A stretch of 64,000 nucleotides of DNA from NCBI GenBank assembly GCA_964348135.1, contig CAYGBL010000007.1:9511-73510 (forward strand), read 5' to 3'. Each line of letters begins with the position of its first letter. Within the stretch, counting starts at the first letter, position 1. This stretch comes from an uncultured Actinomycetota bacterium. Its GTDB lineage: Bacteria; Actinomycetota; Aquicultoria; JACQXZ01; CAYGBL01. A program made the position numbers and the translations under genes. The notes under the pieces were generated by a model, which was given only the letters and a program-made list of their open reading frames with translations, had not been told where the DNA came from and searched no databases. Below, one piece after another: positions 39,830 through 50,895 of the stretch.

Positions 39830-41857
39830 TCATCCTCTCATTTTCATTCTGGCAATTGCTTCAGCAAGACCTTCCGGAGAAGGAGTGTAGAAACTGATAC
39901 AGCCGGTGCCCCGGCCAATTTCTTCCAAAAGCTTCTGGGCATAACTTACCCGCCTTTTCAACCTCTCTGCTCCTTTAATAAAGCGGCATTGATCATCAGG
40001 GCAGAGGGAAAGAAGTATACCATCAGCGCCAAGCTCAAATCCCCTGAGGAGCAGGTTTGCATCCAGCCTGCCGGGACACAGCACTTCCACTGATGTAACA
40101 TCAGAAAGTTCTTCTCCTATAGGAAGATAGGCACAATTAAATACCAGCACCGATGACCCTTTTTTCTTTAAAGCTTTATTCATCTTGACCAATAGCAACT
40201 CCATGTCAAAGCGGCGCATAGATATGGCATCCGCCGGACAATCGGCTGCGCATAGACCGCAGGCCTGGCATTTCTCCAACTCAAAGTCAGCCCGCCCCTT
40301 CGTAACATAAGCAGCCTCAAACGGACAAACCCGCTGGCAGGTAAGGCACGCAACACATTTATCTTCAATTAGCTCGGCCCCAGCAAGACAGTTAAGACAC
40401 CTCTGGGCTTCATTACCAGCTAAATTGCTTGAAAACCCAAGCTCCACTGGATCAAAACCGGAAACCCTCTTACTCAAAGAAACCATAGGCATTGCGGCTC
40501 TTCCCATCTTCTTAATTTTCTTGGCAGTATCCTGTGGCAGTTCTCCTAAAGGAATTAGCTCCTCAAACTTAATCTCTTCTAAATTGACACCTTCCAGGTA
40601 CGCATCTATAAGTACGGCTGCTTTCTTGCCTGAAGCGATAGCTTCAATAGCGGCACCGGGTCCAGTTATCACTTCCCCGCTGGCAAAAACTCCGGGAAGT
40701 GATGTTACCTGTCGTAAAGGATCAACCTTCAACTGACCTCTTTTGTTAAGCTCAATCTTTGAACCTTCAACAAAAGATAGATCAGCTTCTTGACCGATAG
40801 CAACAATCACTCCCTCTACTTCAATGGTAAACTGTGAACCATCTACAGGTATAGGACAGGGCCTTCCGGACTCATCAAGCTCGCCTAGCTCCATCTGCAA
40901 ACACTCCATTGCCTCAACGCACCCGTTTGAGCCCATTACTTTTGTAGGTAAAGTAAGGGTCTTAAAATTGATACCTTCTTCCCTGGCATGGTCGAGCTCC
41001 TCCAAACGCGCGGGCATTTCCCGCTCGCTGCGACGGTAAACCAGGCATACATCCTTCGCTCCCAGACGGAGAGCAGTTCGCGCTGCATCTATGGCAACAT
41101 CTCCCCCTCCGATAACAGCAATCCGCTTACTTATAGGTAGCGGGTGACCGAAGTTTACTGCCGTTAGAAAGGGAATAGCAAGTATTACGCCCTTCAGGTT
41201 CTTCTCGAGATTAGGAAGCGCTTTGCTCTTTGACAGCCCTACACTGATTAACACCGAATCATAACCTTTATCCAGGAGCTGCTCAATTGAAAGAACTTTT
41301 CCGATCTCGATACCTGTTTTAATGGAAACGCCCAGCTTTTCAATCTCCCCGATATCAGCAGCTAGTACATCCTTTGGGAGACGGTAAGCAGGAATTCCGG
41401 CCCGCAGAGCACCGCCAGGCTCAGAGAGTCTTTCAAAAACAGTAACATCATATCCCAAGAGAGCCAGATCACGTGAAGCCGCTAATCCCGAGGCTCCTGC
41501 TCCAATCACGGCAACCTTTTTGCTCTTCCTCTTTTTGGGTTTGAGTTTCGAGACTTTGCGCTTAGCCAGCTCAACTGCTGCACGCTTAAGGGCAGCGATA
41601 GCCAAAGCCTCATCTACGGGAAGCCTCCGGCATTTATCCTCGCAGGGGTGAAAGCAAATCCATCCACATACAGCGGGAAGAGGGTTGGCCTCTTCAATCA
41701 GTTCCAGTGCTCCTTGAAAATCTTTTTGAGCAATAAGGGAAACATATCCCTGCACGTCGGTATGTATAGGGCAAGCCGCCCTACATGGCGTTGCAAGCTC
41801 TCCTTGTAGAGAGCTTGCGCGGGGAAAAAGTATATTTTCCATTGGTTTACCGTTCAC
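39830..41857 (-). CDS. GltD/HdrA-like FAD/NAD(P) oxidoreductase fused to 2x[4Fe-4S] ferredoxin and MvhD domains
   Basis: 675 aa. The N-terminus carries a GltD-like Fe-S region. Two Rossmann GxGxxG sites follow (VIGAGASGL, VIGGGDVAID). Then come a CxxCxxCxxxCP pair and a C-terminal MvhD/FlpD domain (FNCAYLPIG...CPGRL...CPDDQCRF). Confidence 0.7.
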   Translation of the reverse strand: MNGKPMENILFPRASSLQGELATPCRAACPIHTDVQGYVSLIAQKDFQGALELIEEANPLPAVCGWICFHPCEDKCRRLPVDEALAIAALKRAAVELAKRKVSKLKPKKRKSKKVAVIGAGASGLAASRDLALLGYDVTVFERLSEPGGALRAGIPAYRLPKDVLAADIGEIEKLGVSIKTGIEIGKVLSIEQLLDKGYDSVLISVGLSKSKALPNLEKNLKGVILAIPFLTAVNFGHPLPISKRIAVIGGGDVAIDAARTALRLGAKDVCLVYRRSEREMPARLEELDHAREEGINFKTLTLPTKVMGSNGCVEAMECLQMELGELDESGRPCPIPVDGSQFTIEVEGVIVAIGQEADLSFVEGSKIELNKRGQLKVDPLRQVTSLPGVFASGEVITGPGAAIEAIASGKKAAVLIDAYLEGVNLEEIKFEELIPLGELPQDTAKKIKKMGRAAMPMVSLSKRVSGFDPVELGFSSNLAGNEAQRCLNCLAGAELIEDKCVACLTCQRVCPFEAAYVTKGRADFELEKCQACGLCAADCPADAISMRRFDMELLLVKMNKALKKKGSSVLVFNCAYLPIGEELSDVTSVEVLCPGRLDANLLLRGFELGADGILLSLCPDDQCRFIKGAERLKRRVSYAQKLLEEIGRGTGCISFYTPSPEGLAEAIARMKMRG

Positions 41858-41908
41858 TGTTGACTGTTCACCGTCCAGAGCTAAGTCATTTAGTTGTCCT
41901 ATTATTTA

Positions 41909-43258
41909 CTATGCTTTCCACTGTTTCAGGAATGCAGGGATATCTCCTGCCTCTCTGGTCCCCACCTGTACTTTCCATTTGTCACCCAGTTCATCTTCCA
42001 ACTCGCCGCTAATCTGAGCTATATAGCCGGGTATAATAAGTGTGCGGTGCTTTACATTCTCTTCAATCCCTGACTTCTTAATGAATGGAGCTATCTTTTC
42101 GGGAACGAATTTACCTGCTGCCCAAGCGGTAAGCACAGAAAGTCCCTCTACATCCATAACACAGAGCCAGGAAGGAACTTTGCTGGATTCCACTTCTCCT
42201 GAAACCATAAAGTAGGTTAGAGAAAAGTTAGTAGTTAGAAGCACAGGAGAGGTCTCAGTGGGATTGTTAATTGCATAGACCTTTTGCTCAACCTGCATAG
42301 GCTGCTGCGGATCAGTGTAAATATTTTGCCGCAAAACAAATAGAGGCAATGCTTTCCAGGGCTCAAGACTATTGAGTACAATAATGCCTCCGTATTTCAT
42401 TACGTAGATGGAAGCCGCTAAGGTCTCTTCCATAATATCCTCAGCACCCTCGCCCGGGAAAGTTATGATCGGATAGCCCAGCGATCGAAGTTTTTTGGTT
42501 AAAGCTGAACGCCTAATGAATATTAGATTGCGTAGTGTCGAGCTTACGGTTCTTGATCCCGGATCAAGGACTATATCCTTTACCCCGGCTTCCGCTACCT
42601 TGTCGGAAAGAGAAACTAGTGTTTCCAGGTCTTTTGCAGAAATAACCAGGGGACAGTTGTTTTCTTTAGCGAGATTGACATAAGCCTCATAGTTATCATT
42701 AGTTGCTGCATATAATAACGGCTTTTTATCAGCACAATGCGAGAGTGCGCTTTTAAGAACCTCAGCCTTCTGGCTCATTAGAACCATAGGAAAGTCTATT
42801 GAGCTGGATACCTTTTTAACCAAGTTCGCAAAGCCGGTAGCGTCACCTTTTGTATCCTTGAGTGCGACCAAGTCAGCTCGCAGAAGTTGTCCAATCCTTT
42901 CAAACTGCGTCTTCTTTAATTGATTTATCCTTTCTTCCTTCTCCTCATCGCTCATACTATCTTCAATAAGTAAAGCAAAGCCGCAGGGATTATAGAAAGT
43001 TTTTTCATGACGGAAGAGTACCTGCTCCTCCCCTACCTTAAAAGATTTATCTCCAGTACCAACAGTTATAAGTTTAATGGGTGGTGCCGATGCTTCAGTA
43101 AGTTTTGCTTTAGCTTCCTCGGAAACATACGGACAGGTCTCGAGTTCTGCTTGTCCCGCAGCTAACCTCATAGCAAAAGCAAGGCAGGTAGGAAAACCAC
43201 ACTCTCCGCAGTTTGTTTTGGGAAGTAATTTGTAGATATCAAGTCCTGTAAGCGCCAC
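41909..43258 (-). CDS. acsC: corrinoid iron-sulfur protein large subunit
   Basis: It starts at GTG 43258 after AAAGGAGAT. The N-terminus carries a 4Fe-4S CGECGFPTC motif. Confidence 0.9.
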   Translation of the reverse strand: MALTGLDIYKLLPKTNCGECGFPTCLAFAMRLAAGQAELETCPYVSEEAKAKLTEASAPPIKLITVGTGDKSFKVGEEQVLFRHEKTFYNPCGFALLIEDSMSDEEKEERINQLKKTQFERIGQLLRADLVALKDTKGDATGFANLVKKVSSSIDFPMVLMSQKAEVLKSALSHCADKKPLLYAATNDNYEAYVNLAKENNCPLVISAKDLETLVSLSDKVAEAGVKDIVLDPGSRTVSSTLRNLIFIRRSALTKKLRSLGYPIITFPGEGAEDIMEETLAASIYVMKYGGIIVLNSLEPWKALPLFVLRQNIYTDPQQPMQVEQKVYAINNPTETSPVLLTTNFSLTYFMVSGEVESSKVPSWLCVMDVEGLSVLTAWAAGKFVPEKIAPFIKKSGIEENVKHRTLIIPGYIAQISGELEDELGDKWKVQVGTREAGDIPAFLKQWKA

Positions 43259-43343
43259 TACGTATCTCCTTTCTGTCGATTTCGTTCACCGTTCGCAGTT
43301 CGCCGACATTAGTATACGGTGAACCGTGAACGGCTAACTTTTA

Positions 43344-45524
43344 CTAGAGCATTGGTACCAGAGCTAAAGCAGGATGTCCTACCTTCTCCATAAAAGCAAG
43401 AACCTCTTCTTCAGTTACCGCAACCGTCTCATCCGCTATCTTATCTACAAAATCAGGCTGTCCGACTTCCTTTGCTCTTTTTTCCAGCATCGGTCTTAAC
43501 TGATCCTTCAGTTCTTTTGGTATCCAGACTAGACGGGTAAATCCACCATCTGCAGAGATAAACTTTTCGCTGGTTATATACTGCCGGCCAACTCCAATAA
43601 AACCGGGAGTCTGCGCTCCCCCACCTACCGTACCAGCAAGTGTGGAGAACTTCATACCCGAGGGAGTCATTCCCGAGTACTCCCTGTTAACCACCATAAC
43701 TCCATTAGTTAAGGGCAGTATTGCCACAATACACTCAAAGCAACCACAGCTGGTCATTGGCTCTTCCATCATAGAGTAGGCATTGAATTTGTCAATGTTC
43801 TTATTAGATTTGTTGTATATAAATTCATTTATGCCTTTCCACTGTCCCTTGACTTCGTCAATAGTCTCTCCCTTTGGCACCGGCTGGTTGCCTCCTGTTG
43901 GATTTATCTCATAGGCAGCCTTACCGTCCAGCCAGTTATATGCTCCACAGAGACCCAGCCTCTCCGGGCTGATAATACAAACGTGATTAGGAGCAAAGGA
44001 CTGACATAGAGTACAGGAGTAGAAGGTATCCACATTTTCGTCCTTTAGTCCCGCCACTCTTTCATCCCTTTGGTTATACAGTTTCTTTGCTTCTTCTATC
44101 AGTTTTTTAACCGGTTTTTCTTCCGTATAGATGGTAATCTGTACTTTATCGATAATAGCAGAATAGTCAGCTTTCAACTTGGCTATTAAAATTTCACCAA
44201 AGTCCTTTATCTTAAATCCCTTGGCCCTAGCTCCCTTACTGATTCTCATCCATATCAGATTGCGCTGGCCCATATGCCAGACACCCTCTCCACCGTTTAT
44301 AAAATGATGGAGCTGTCTTTCCAGGATAGATTCAAAGTCAGGCTGCATCTTGCGGCCAGCCACATTGACTACAATGCCTAGTGGAACCGCAGTTCCTTCC
44401 TTCATATCATCTATCTCCGGTCCTATTACTTCAATCTTTCCATCTTCGACCTCCGATATATCCTTCATCGTTAATAACTCAAAGGCAGGAGATTTCTGCC
44501 CACCGAATTCTACGTAGGTTTCTTCCTTGCGGATTCGTTCTCCTTCGAAGGCCGGGCCATAGGCAACTGGAACGGGTACTTTAGTAACGGCAATCTTTAA
44601 ACCCCTAACTTCTATGGCCTTGGCTATAATCTTGTCATGAGGAATATTGGAGACTACATGTTCATAGGTGCATACCCCTGTGGGAAGTATCTGTGGGATA
44701 TTACTGTCAGCAATGGTGGGAAATCCATAGGATATTGCTCCAGCAGCCGTTGCATACCACTCATCAGTTACCTCACCCAGTGCTAGGACAAATGCAAAGA
44801 TTCTATTCTTGTTATAACGGAGGATCCGAGTGAAATCTCCCGGTTGTACTCCTCCAAATGCCATGGCCGCTCGGGTAGCGAATCCCAATGAGTAAATTTG
44901 GCTATAAACTTCTTTTCCAAAGGGCACCAAACGGGTGTCCCACCCTAACTGCACATCCTGGTTGGCAAGCTGCTCGCCAAAAGCCACGCCCTTATGTTGA
45001 CCGGCCATAAAAACGTAGAGATATTTCTCCTGCATCTCCCGAGCAAGAGTAACGGCCAGTTCATCGGTAGGAGTTGCTCCTACCACAGCTGCAAAACCAG
45101 GTGCCGAACCATCTACAAACTCAATACCCCTTGCCCGCATAATCACATCATCGGCCGCTCCCAGCCACAGCTCACTAACAGGAGAGGGCCCCATTACATA
45201 ACGGAGAGCTTCTATAATCTCCTCAGCAAAGAGTGTTGCAATACCAGCATCCAAAGTGGGTCCCAGATATGGCAACCAAAGATTATCACTTGGTATTTCC
45301 GGCAAAAGCTCTTTGGCTTGTTTAAGTACCGACTCCATATCCGAAATCTTCTCAATTTCCCGCCCGGTAAGCCCATAGATAACCGGCAAATAGTATCCAG
45401 TATTGGGGAATTCTACTTTCTCATTAGGTCCCTTTGCGTCAATAGCCCTTTTTAGCTCCTTTTCAGCTTTATTGACAATGGAGTGGGCTCCACGAATTGC
45501 AGCAGAGGCAATTATCTTAGACAC
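43344..45524 (-). CDS. acsB: acetyl-CoA synthase (A-cluster subunit)
   Basis: 726 aa. It carries the A-cluster Cys-Gly-Cys (SCGCFEC). Confidence 0.9.
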   Translation of the reverse strand: MSKIIASAAIRGAHSIVNKAEKELKRAIDAKGPNEKVEFPNTGYYLPVIYGLTGREIEKISDMESVLKQAKELLPEIPSDNLWLPYLGPTLDAGIATLFAEEIIEALRYVMGPSPVSELWLGAADDVIMRARGIEFVDGSAPGFAAVVGATPTDELAVTLAREMQEKYLYVFMAGQHKGVAFGEQLANQDVQLGWDTRLVPFGKEVYSQIYSLGFATRAAMAFGGVQPGDFTRILRYNKNRIFAFVLALGEVTDEWYATAAGAISYGFPTIADSNIPQILPTGVCTYEHVVSNIPHDKIIAKAIEVRGLKIAVTKVPVPVAYGPAFEGERIRKEETYVEFGGQKSPAFELLTMKDISEVEDGKIEVIGPEIDDMKEGTAVPLGIVVNVAGRKMQPDFESILERQLHHFINGGEGVWHMGQRNLIWMRISKGARAKGFKIKDFGEILIAKLKADYSAIIDKVQITIYTEEKPVKKLIEEAKKLYNQRDERVAGLKDENVDTFYSCTLCQSFAPNHVCIISPERLGLCGAYNWLDGKAAYEINPTGGNQPVPKGETIDEVKGQWKGINEFIYNKSNKNIDKFNAYSMMEEPMTSCGCFECIVAILPLTNGVMVVNREYSGMTPSGMKFSTLAGTVGGGAQTPGFIGVGRQYITSEKFISADGGFTRLVWIPKELKDQLRPMLEKRAKEVGQPDFVDKIADETVAVTEEEVLAFMEKVGHPALALVPML

Positions 45525-47463
45525 TTAACTCCCTCCTCATCTCCATATCGTAAAGAACTCTTTCCTTGGCAACATCGATCTTCAAAGCTTTCCTCTTCGC
45601 ATCAATATGAGCCAGTGCTTTTTCTACTATGGTTTGTGGATCGGCGTAAAACTCCAGTTTTCCCCCTACTTTCTTCTCCCATCCTTTTGTAATCAGCTCA
45701 GAGACTACTTGACTTCCTGAAACAGGTGAAGACACACCACCAAAAAGCACATATGCACCTGAGGCCACACAGTAAACGCCTATCTCCAATGCCTTTTCAC
45801 AATACCATTCTGGACAAATGCCTACGGCGGGAAGATCGCTTATATCTTCACCAAGTCCACCCTCTTCTACTACTTCTGCGAGAACCGTGAGTATTCTGGA
45901 ATTATCCACACAGGACCCTAGATGTAGAACGGGAGGCATTCCTACAGCTTCGCATACTTCCTTGAGACCATCTCCTGCTAACTCCATAGTTTCTGGAGTG
46001 AGCAGACCGTGCTTGCCGCTTGCTGTAGCACTGCACCCGGTTACGGCAACCAGCACATCGTTCTTTATCAGCTCTCTCACAATATGGATAATGTTCTCAT
46101 CCTGAACAACTCGAGGATTGTTGCAACCGACTACCCCGGCCAATCCTCTGATACGGCCGTTGATAATATTGTCATTCAGCGGCCGGAAAGATGCCCGGTG
46201 GATTCCACCTAACATATATCTAATGTATTCGTGGGAAAAACCTGCTATGAGATTGTTGGAAAACTTGGGAATGTGGACCTCCTTACGATTGGAAAAATTG
46301 TCGATGGCACGCTTTACAATCTCTTTAGCAATTTCAGGAGCGCGATGATGATCAAACTCAATATGGGTTGCTCCCAGTATTTTAGCCTTCGGCGAAGTTG
46401 TTATAAGTTCTGTATGGTACTGGGAAGCAACTTTGGCAAGCCCCTGGAAAGTGCACTGGACATCTACAACCATAACATCGACCACACCAGTAAGAATTGC
46501 TAATTCCTGGTGTAAAACATTTCCTGCCGGGGGAATACCTCTGCGCATAAGTATCTCATTAGAGGTACAACAGATTCCCGCTAGATTGATCCCCTTGGCA
46601 CCCTTCTTCTTTGCATGCTCGATCATCTCTTTATCCTGAGCTGCATCTACAAGTTTCTCCGAGAGAGTCGGCTCATGCCCATGAACCACAATATTGACTT
46701 GGTCCTTCTTTAGCACACCAAGATTTGCTTTGGAGCGCAAAGGTATCGGTGTTCCAAAGAGTATATCCTGCAGGTCCGTTGCCAGCATGCTTCCGCCCCA
46801 TCCACTGGATAAGGATGTACGCATGGCCTGGTCAAGTATATGTTCAGCATCCTGGTCAGTACCAGCATGAGTACGATGCATCATCTCAACGATTTCACGG
46901 TCTACTCCTCTGGGTGTAAGGCCCAGCTTAGCCCAGAGTTCCTGTCTCTTTTTAGGAGCCCTGGAAGCATACATTACCTCTCCTGTCTGTCTACCAAACT
47001 CCTCGAGAGCCCTGAGAGCCACATCAGCGGCGATCTCTTCTGTCTTGCGGTCATCGACTTTGACGCCCAGTAGTTCAGCTACCTTCAACAACTTTGGAAA
47101 ATCTTTTATCTCGTAACCGGGCGCCTCGCCTCGAGCTGCCGCTAACAAAGTGAGGGCAACGTCTCTCCCATGGTCAGAGTGTGCAGAAGCTCCTGCAGCC
47201 ACCTGACGGGCAAAACCGCGTGCAGCAACTGTATCAAGGGTTGCTCCACATACTCCAGTCTTTTGCTCTTTATCCTTCCCTGTCATCCGGCAGGGACCCA
47301 TAGCACAGACGCGACAGCAGCTTCCTTCGGCCCCTATGGGGCAGGGTTTTACCTCATCTACTCGGTTAAACATAGTAGAAATGCCAGCTTTTTCAGCTTT
47401 TTTAAGCATCTCTAAAGCTGCTGGATCTATGGTTTTCTTTTGTTTCTCCTGTTTTTCAGGCAT
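45517..47463 (-). CDS. acsA: Ni-dependent carbon monoxide dehydrogenase catalytic subunit
   Basis: 648 aa. The N-terminal B/D-cluster cysteines are present (CPIGAEGSCCRVCAMGPCR). Confidence 0.9.
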   Translation of the reverse strand: MPEKQEKQKKTIDPAALEMLKKAEKAGISTMFNRVDEVKPCPIGAEGSCCRVCAMGPCRMTGKDKEQKTGVCGATLDTVAARGFARQVAAGASAHSDHGRDVALTLLAAARGEAPGYEIKDFPKLLKVAELLGVKVDDRKTEEIAADVALRALEEFGRQTGEVMYASRAPKKRQELWAKLGLTPRGVDREIVEMMHRTHAGTDQDAEHILDQAMRTSLSSGWGGSMLATDLQDILFGTPIPLRSKANLGVLKKDQVNIVVHGHEPTLSEKLVDAAQDKEMIEHAKKKGAKGINLAGICCTSNEILMRRGIPPAGNVLHQELAILTGVVDVMVVDVQCTFQGLAKVASQYHTELITTSPKAKILGATHIEFDHHRAPEIAKEIVKRAIDNFSNRKEVHIPKFSNNLIAGFSHEYIRYMLGGIHRASFRPLNDNIINGRIRGLAGVVGCNNPRVVQDENIIHIVRELIKNDVLVAVTGCSATASGKHGLLTPETMELAGDGLKEVCEAVGMPPVLHLGSCVDNSRILTVLAEVVEEGGLGEDISDLPAVGICPEWYCEKALEIGVYCVASGAYVLFGGVSSPVSGSQVVSELITKGWEKKVGGKLEFYADPQTIVEKALAHIDAKRKALKIDVAKERVLYDMEMRRELSV

Positions 47464-47639
47464 CTATCATATCCCCTTTCTCAATTCGTCTCCAAGAATT
47501 TACTCATACAAGGATTCGAGGGTTCCAGGATTCGAGTGGAAAGGTCTTCTTAAACCTAGCGTTCACTTGCCCTCTTGAATCCTAGAATCCTTGAACCATT
47601 CTTCTTTGTATCTTCTCAGCGATCAGCCATGAGCTATAC

Positions 47640-48587
47640 CTACGCCTTCTCCATCAACTTCTCAACTACTCCTCGCACCAACTTTACAGCCTCCGGGTGT
47701 CTCATAATCAATATATCTGCTCCCGCTACCAGCAAGCTGACAGCAGTAACGGCTTCCCAGAGAATGCCCCGTTTCACTTCATCTCCCCAACCGGGCTCTT
47801 CTTTTTCACTGACTTTCGCCTCTTTGGCTTTCCATGCTTCCTTTCCTAAATTACATATAATAGGCATTTGCATCATATTATCGTTCTGCTGCAAAGCTGC
47901 TAAGCGATCTCTTTCCATAACAGAATACGCATACTCCAGTCCCAGACCTAGGGCGCCAGTTGCTGGATCAATTAAAATTTTGTCGGCTTCCAATCCCAAA
48001 TTGGTTATAAGGATATTAAGCTGTTTTGCCATATTTACATCTATAGGAGTTTCACCTGCGACTATATGTTTAAAACCAAGAGCTGCTGCCGTTACTGGCT
48101 TGTAGTTATCTTCCTTTACGGGTCCGATTACAATATTTTCACCCTCGGTGCCTTCAGCAACTTTTTTCAAAACAACAGCATCTTTCTCCACATTTCCTGA
48201 ACCATATACAATAAGTGGGATTGAAATTGCATCCAGAACTGTCTTTATGGTAGCTAGAGCGTCATCAGGAGAGGTATCCTGAGCATTCGGATCAGTGCTT
48301 GCCAGCTGTAAACATATAAGATCTGCCTTGTATTCATCCTGACATTTCTTGGCCCATTTGGCCGGGTCCGGCATAACATCTTTCAACACTTTTACCAGCG
48401 CATCCGGCCAATTCTGAGGTTCTTTATCGTAAACTTCCATAGCTATAAGAGGACGATGGGGCATCTCCCCTTCAAAAAGATAAAAGGGAAGCGTAGTTTC
48501 TCCGCCGACTGTAACAGTTTTTTCCCTGCCTATCGTGACTTCTCTAATCTTGCTATTATATTTCTCCACCGGTTCCTGATATGCCAT
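47640..48587 (-). CDS. acsD: corrinoid iron-sulfur protein small subunit
   Basis: 315 aa, TIM-barrel delta subunit pattern. Confidence 0.85.
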   Translation of the reverse strand: MAYQEPVEKYNSKIREVTIGREKTVTVGGETTLPFYLFEGEMPHRPLIAMEVYDKEPQNWPDALVKVLKDVMPDPAKWAKKCQDEYKADLICLQLASTDPNAQDTSPDDALATIKTVLDAISIPLIVYGSGNVEKDAVVLKKVAEGTEGENIVIGPVKEDNYKPVTAAALGFKHIVAGETPIDVNMAKQLNILITNLGLEADKILIDPATGALGLGLEYAYSVMERDRLAALQQNDNMMQMPIICNLGKEAWKAKEAKVSEKEEPGWGDEVKRGILWEAVTAVSLLVAGADILIMRHPEAVKLVRGVVEKLMEKA

Positions 48588-48665
48588 TTTACCTCCCCTT
48601 ATTCGTTATTTGGAATTAGTAATTCGTTATTAGTTAGTCCTTAGTTCCTAATTTCCAATTCCTAA

Positions 48666-49082
48666 TTACTCTCGTTCTTTATCTCTACATCCTGGACAAA
48701 GGCCGAAGATACCTACGTCACAGCTTTCAACCTCAAAGCGAGTCTGGTAACTTACCTCGGTCTTCATTCTATTAGCATCAGAGTAAACAAAATCTTCAAT
48801 CTTATTACAATCGATACAAACCAAGTGACAGTGATCTTCAAGATTACTGTCAAAACGGCTGGGGCTGTATAAAAGTTCTCTTATTAGTCCCGCTTCTCTT
48901 AAGGTTCTCAGGGTGTTATATACTGTGCTAAAACTGATGCTCGGAAACTCTTTTCTTATATGGTTGAAAATTTCTTCTGCTGTAGGGTGGCTCAAATTAT
49001 CTCTCATAAACTTCATAATTGATGCTCTTTGAGGCGTAAGTCGAAAACCCTCCTGCCTCAGTTTCTTAAAGTTCTCTTCCAA
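48666..49082 (-). CDS. fur: Fur-family metalloregulator embedded in the acs operon
   Basis: It carries the FRLTPQR HTH and the structural Cys pairs CIDC and CPGC. Confidence 0.8.
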   Translation of the reverse strand: MEENFKKLRQEGFRLTPQRASIMKFMRDNLSHPTAEEIFNHIRKEFPSISFSTVYNTLRTLREAGLIRELLYSPSRFDSNLEDHCHLVCIDCNKIEDFVYSDANRMKTEVSYQTRFEVESCDVGIFGLCPGCRDKERE

Positions 49083-49172
49083 TACCTTTTCTCCATTCTA
49101 TACAAGGTAGCATATAATATATATTCTTATATAATAATGACTATATATTATAATGTCAAATTATGGTATCTG

Positions 49173-50033
49173 CTATTTTTGTGCCAAAGATGCTGCTTTT
49201 ACCGTATTTTTTAGAAGCATGGTTATAGTCATTGGACCTACTCCACCCGGAACAGGGGTAATCCAGCCTGCTTTTTCCTTTGCTGCATCAAAGTCAACGT
49301 CTCCCACTAACTTGCCTTCAAGCCTATTTACACCCACATCTATAACCACTGCTCCCGTTTTCACCATATTTGCAGTAACCATCTTGGGTTTACCAACAGC
49401 CGCCACAAGAATATCTCCAGAGGCAGCTACCTGGCTGAGATCCCTGGTTCGGGAGTGACACACGGTAACAGTGGCATTCTCCTTCAGTAACATTAAGGCA
49501 ACTGGTTTCCCCACAATATTGCTCCGCCCAACTACTACAGCTCTCTTTCCTTCAATCCCTATCTCTGTCCTCCTGAGAAGCTCCATAATTCCATTTGGAG
49601 TACAGGGGGGAAATAAAGGCTCACCAATCATCAACCGGCCCACATTAACTGGATGAAAACCATCAACATCTTTATCAGGATCTATTGCATACAGTACCTC
49701 TTTCTCATCAATCTGTTCAGGAAGGGGGAGTTGAACCAGAATACCGTGTATTTTAGAATCTTCATTTAACTTCGAAACCAATGCTATGAGCTCTTTTTCT
49801 TTCGTGTCAACGGGGAGCGCGTGCTTCTCTGAATAGATTCCCACTTCGGCACAGCTCTTTTCTTTGTTACGCACATAGACCTGCGAAGCGGGATCTTCTC
49901 CCACGATTACCACTGCCAGCCCTGGAGTAATATTTTTTTCCTTCTGCAACTGTTTTACTTCCTCAGTCATTTCAGCCTTAAGCTCTTTAGCAATTTCTTT
50001 TCCATCAATCAACTTCGCTGACATCTCAAGCAC
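49173..50033 (-). CDS. folD: bifunctional methylene-THF dehydrogenase/methenyl-THF cyclohydrolase
   Basis: 286 aa, FolD pattern. Confidence 0.9.
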   Translation of the reverse strand: MLEMSAKLIDGKEIAKELKAEMTEEVKQLQKEKNITPGLAVVIVGEDPASQVYVRNKEKSCAEVGIYSEKHALPVDTKEKELIALVSKLNEDSKIHGILVQLPLPEQIDEKEVLYAIDPDKDVDGFHPVNVGRLMIGEPLFPPCTPNGIMELLRRTEIGIEGKRAVVVGRSNIVGKPVALMLLKENATVTVCHSRTRDLSQVAASGDILVAAVGKPKMVTANMVKTGAVVIDVGVNRLEGKLVGDVDFDAAKEKAGWITPVPGGVGPMTITMLLKNTVKAASLAQK

Positions 50034-50808
50034 CTCGCTTTACTTCATATTCAATTGCCTGAACTTTTTCCATAATCTCGGTAACAGCTTTAACCGCTGG
50101 AGAGACTACCGGAAGATTGACTAGAGGTTCCCCCACTAAATCATATTCAGAAATCCATTTATCTTCAGGGATATTTTCTATCAGTTTCATCTTTGACTTC
50201 TCAACCTCTTCAATCAGAGAAGGAGGAAGTTTCTCAGGTGTGCGGTTAATTATAAGAAACCGTTCCGTTATCCTTAGCTTCAGCTCATCTACAAGTGAAT
50301 TTATGCGTGCCGAACTCTGAATACCTCTAACTGTAGGATCAGAGACTATTAGAAGAAGATCTACGTCTTGAGTAGTGTGGCGGCTGAGATGCTCCATTCC
50401 CGCTTCGTTATCCATTACTATGAACTTATAATTGCTAATAATCAGATCTATATATTTTCGAAAAATAGAATTTGCGTAGCAATAACATCCTGGTCCTTCA
50501 GGTCTTCCCATTACCAGAAGGTCAAACCCCTCTGCCTCAACTAATGCCTGCTGCAGTTTAAGCTCCATATATGACTCTTTAGTCATACCGGCAGGAAGAG
50601 TATTTAGTGTTTCCAGCACATCCTCCCTTACCTGACCAACAGTGTTTTCCACTTCTACTCCCAGTACGTCTTGAAGGTTAGAATTAACATCGCCATCCAG
50701 GGCCAAGATTGGTTTCTGACCCTTTCCCAGCAGATAGCGAATAATCAGACCTGCGAGAGTAGTTTTGCCGGTCCCGCCTTTCCCGGCTACAGCTATAGTA
50801 AAACTCAA
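50026..50808 (-). CDS. cooC: CODH/ACS nickel-insertion ATPase CooC/AcsF, copy 1
   Basis: It carries the Walker A motif [12 protein letters not shown]. Confidence 0.8.
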   Translation of the reverse strand: MSFTIAVAGKGGTGKTTLAGLIIRYLLGKGQKPILALDGDVNSNLQDVLGVEVENTVGQVREDVLETLNTLPAGMTKESYMELKLQQALVEAEGFDLLVMGRPEGPGCYCYANSIFRKYIDLIISNYKFIVMDNEAGMEHLSRHTTQDVDLLLIVSDPTVRGIQSSARINSLVDELKLRITERFLIINRTPEKLPPSLIEEVEKSKMKLIENIPEDKWISEYDLVGEPLVNLPVVSPAVKAVTEIMEKVQAIEYEVKRGA

Positions 50809-50895
50809 ATTAAAAACCCCCTGTTGCTAATAACTTAGAGCTAGGAGCTTAGAGCTTAGAGAAAATTCATATCTCTCTGCTCTCTGCTCTTCGCT

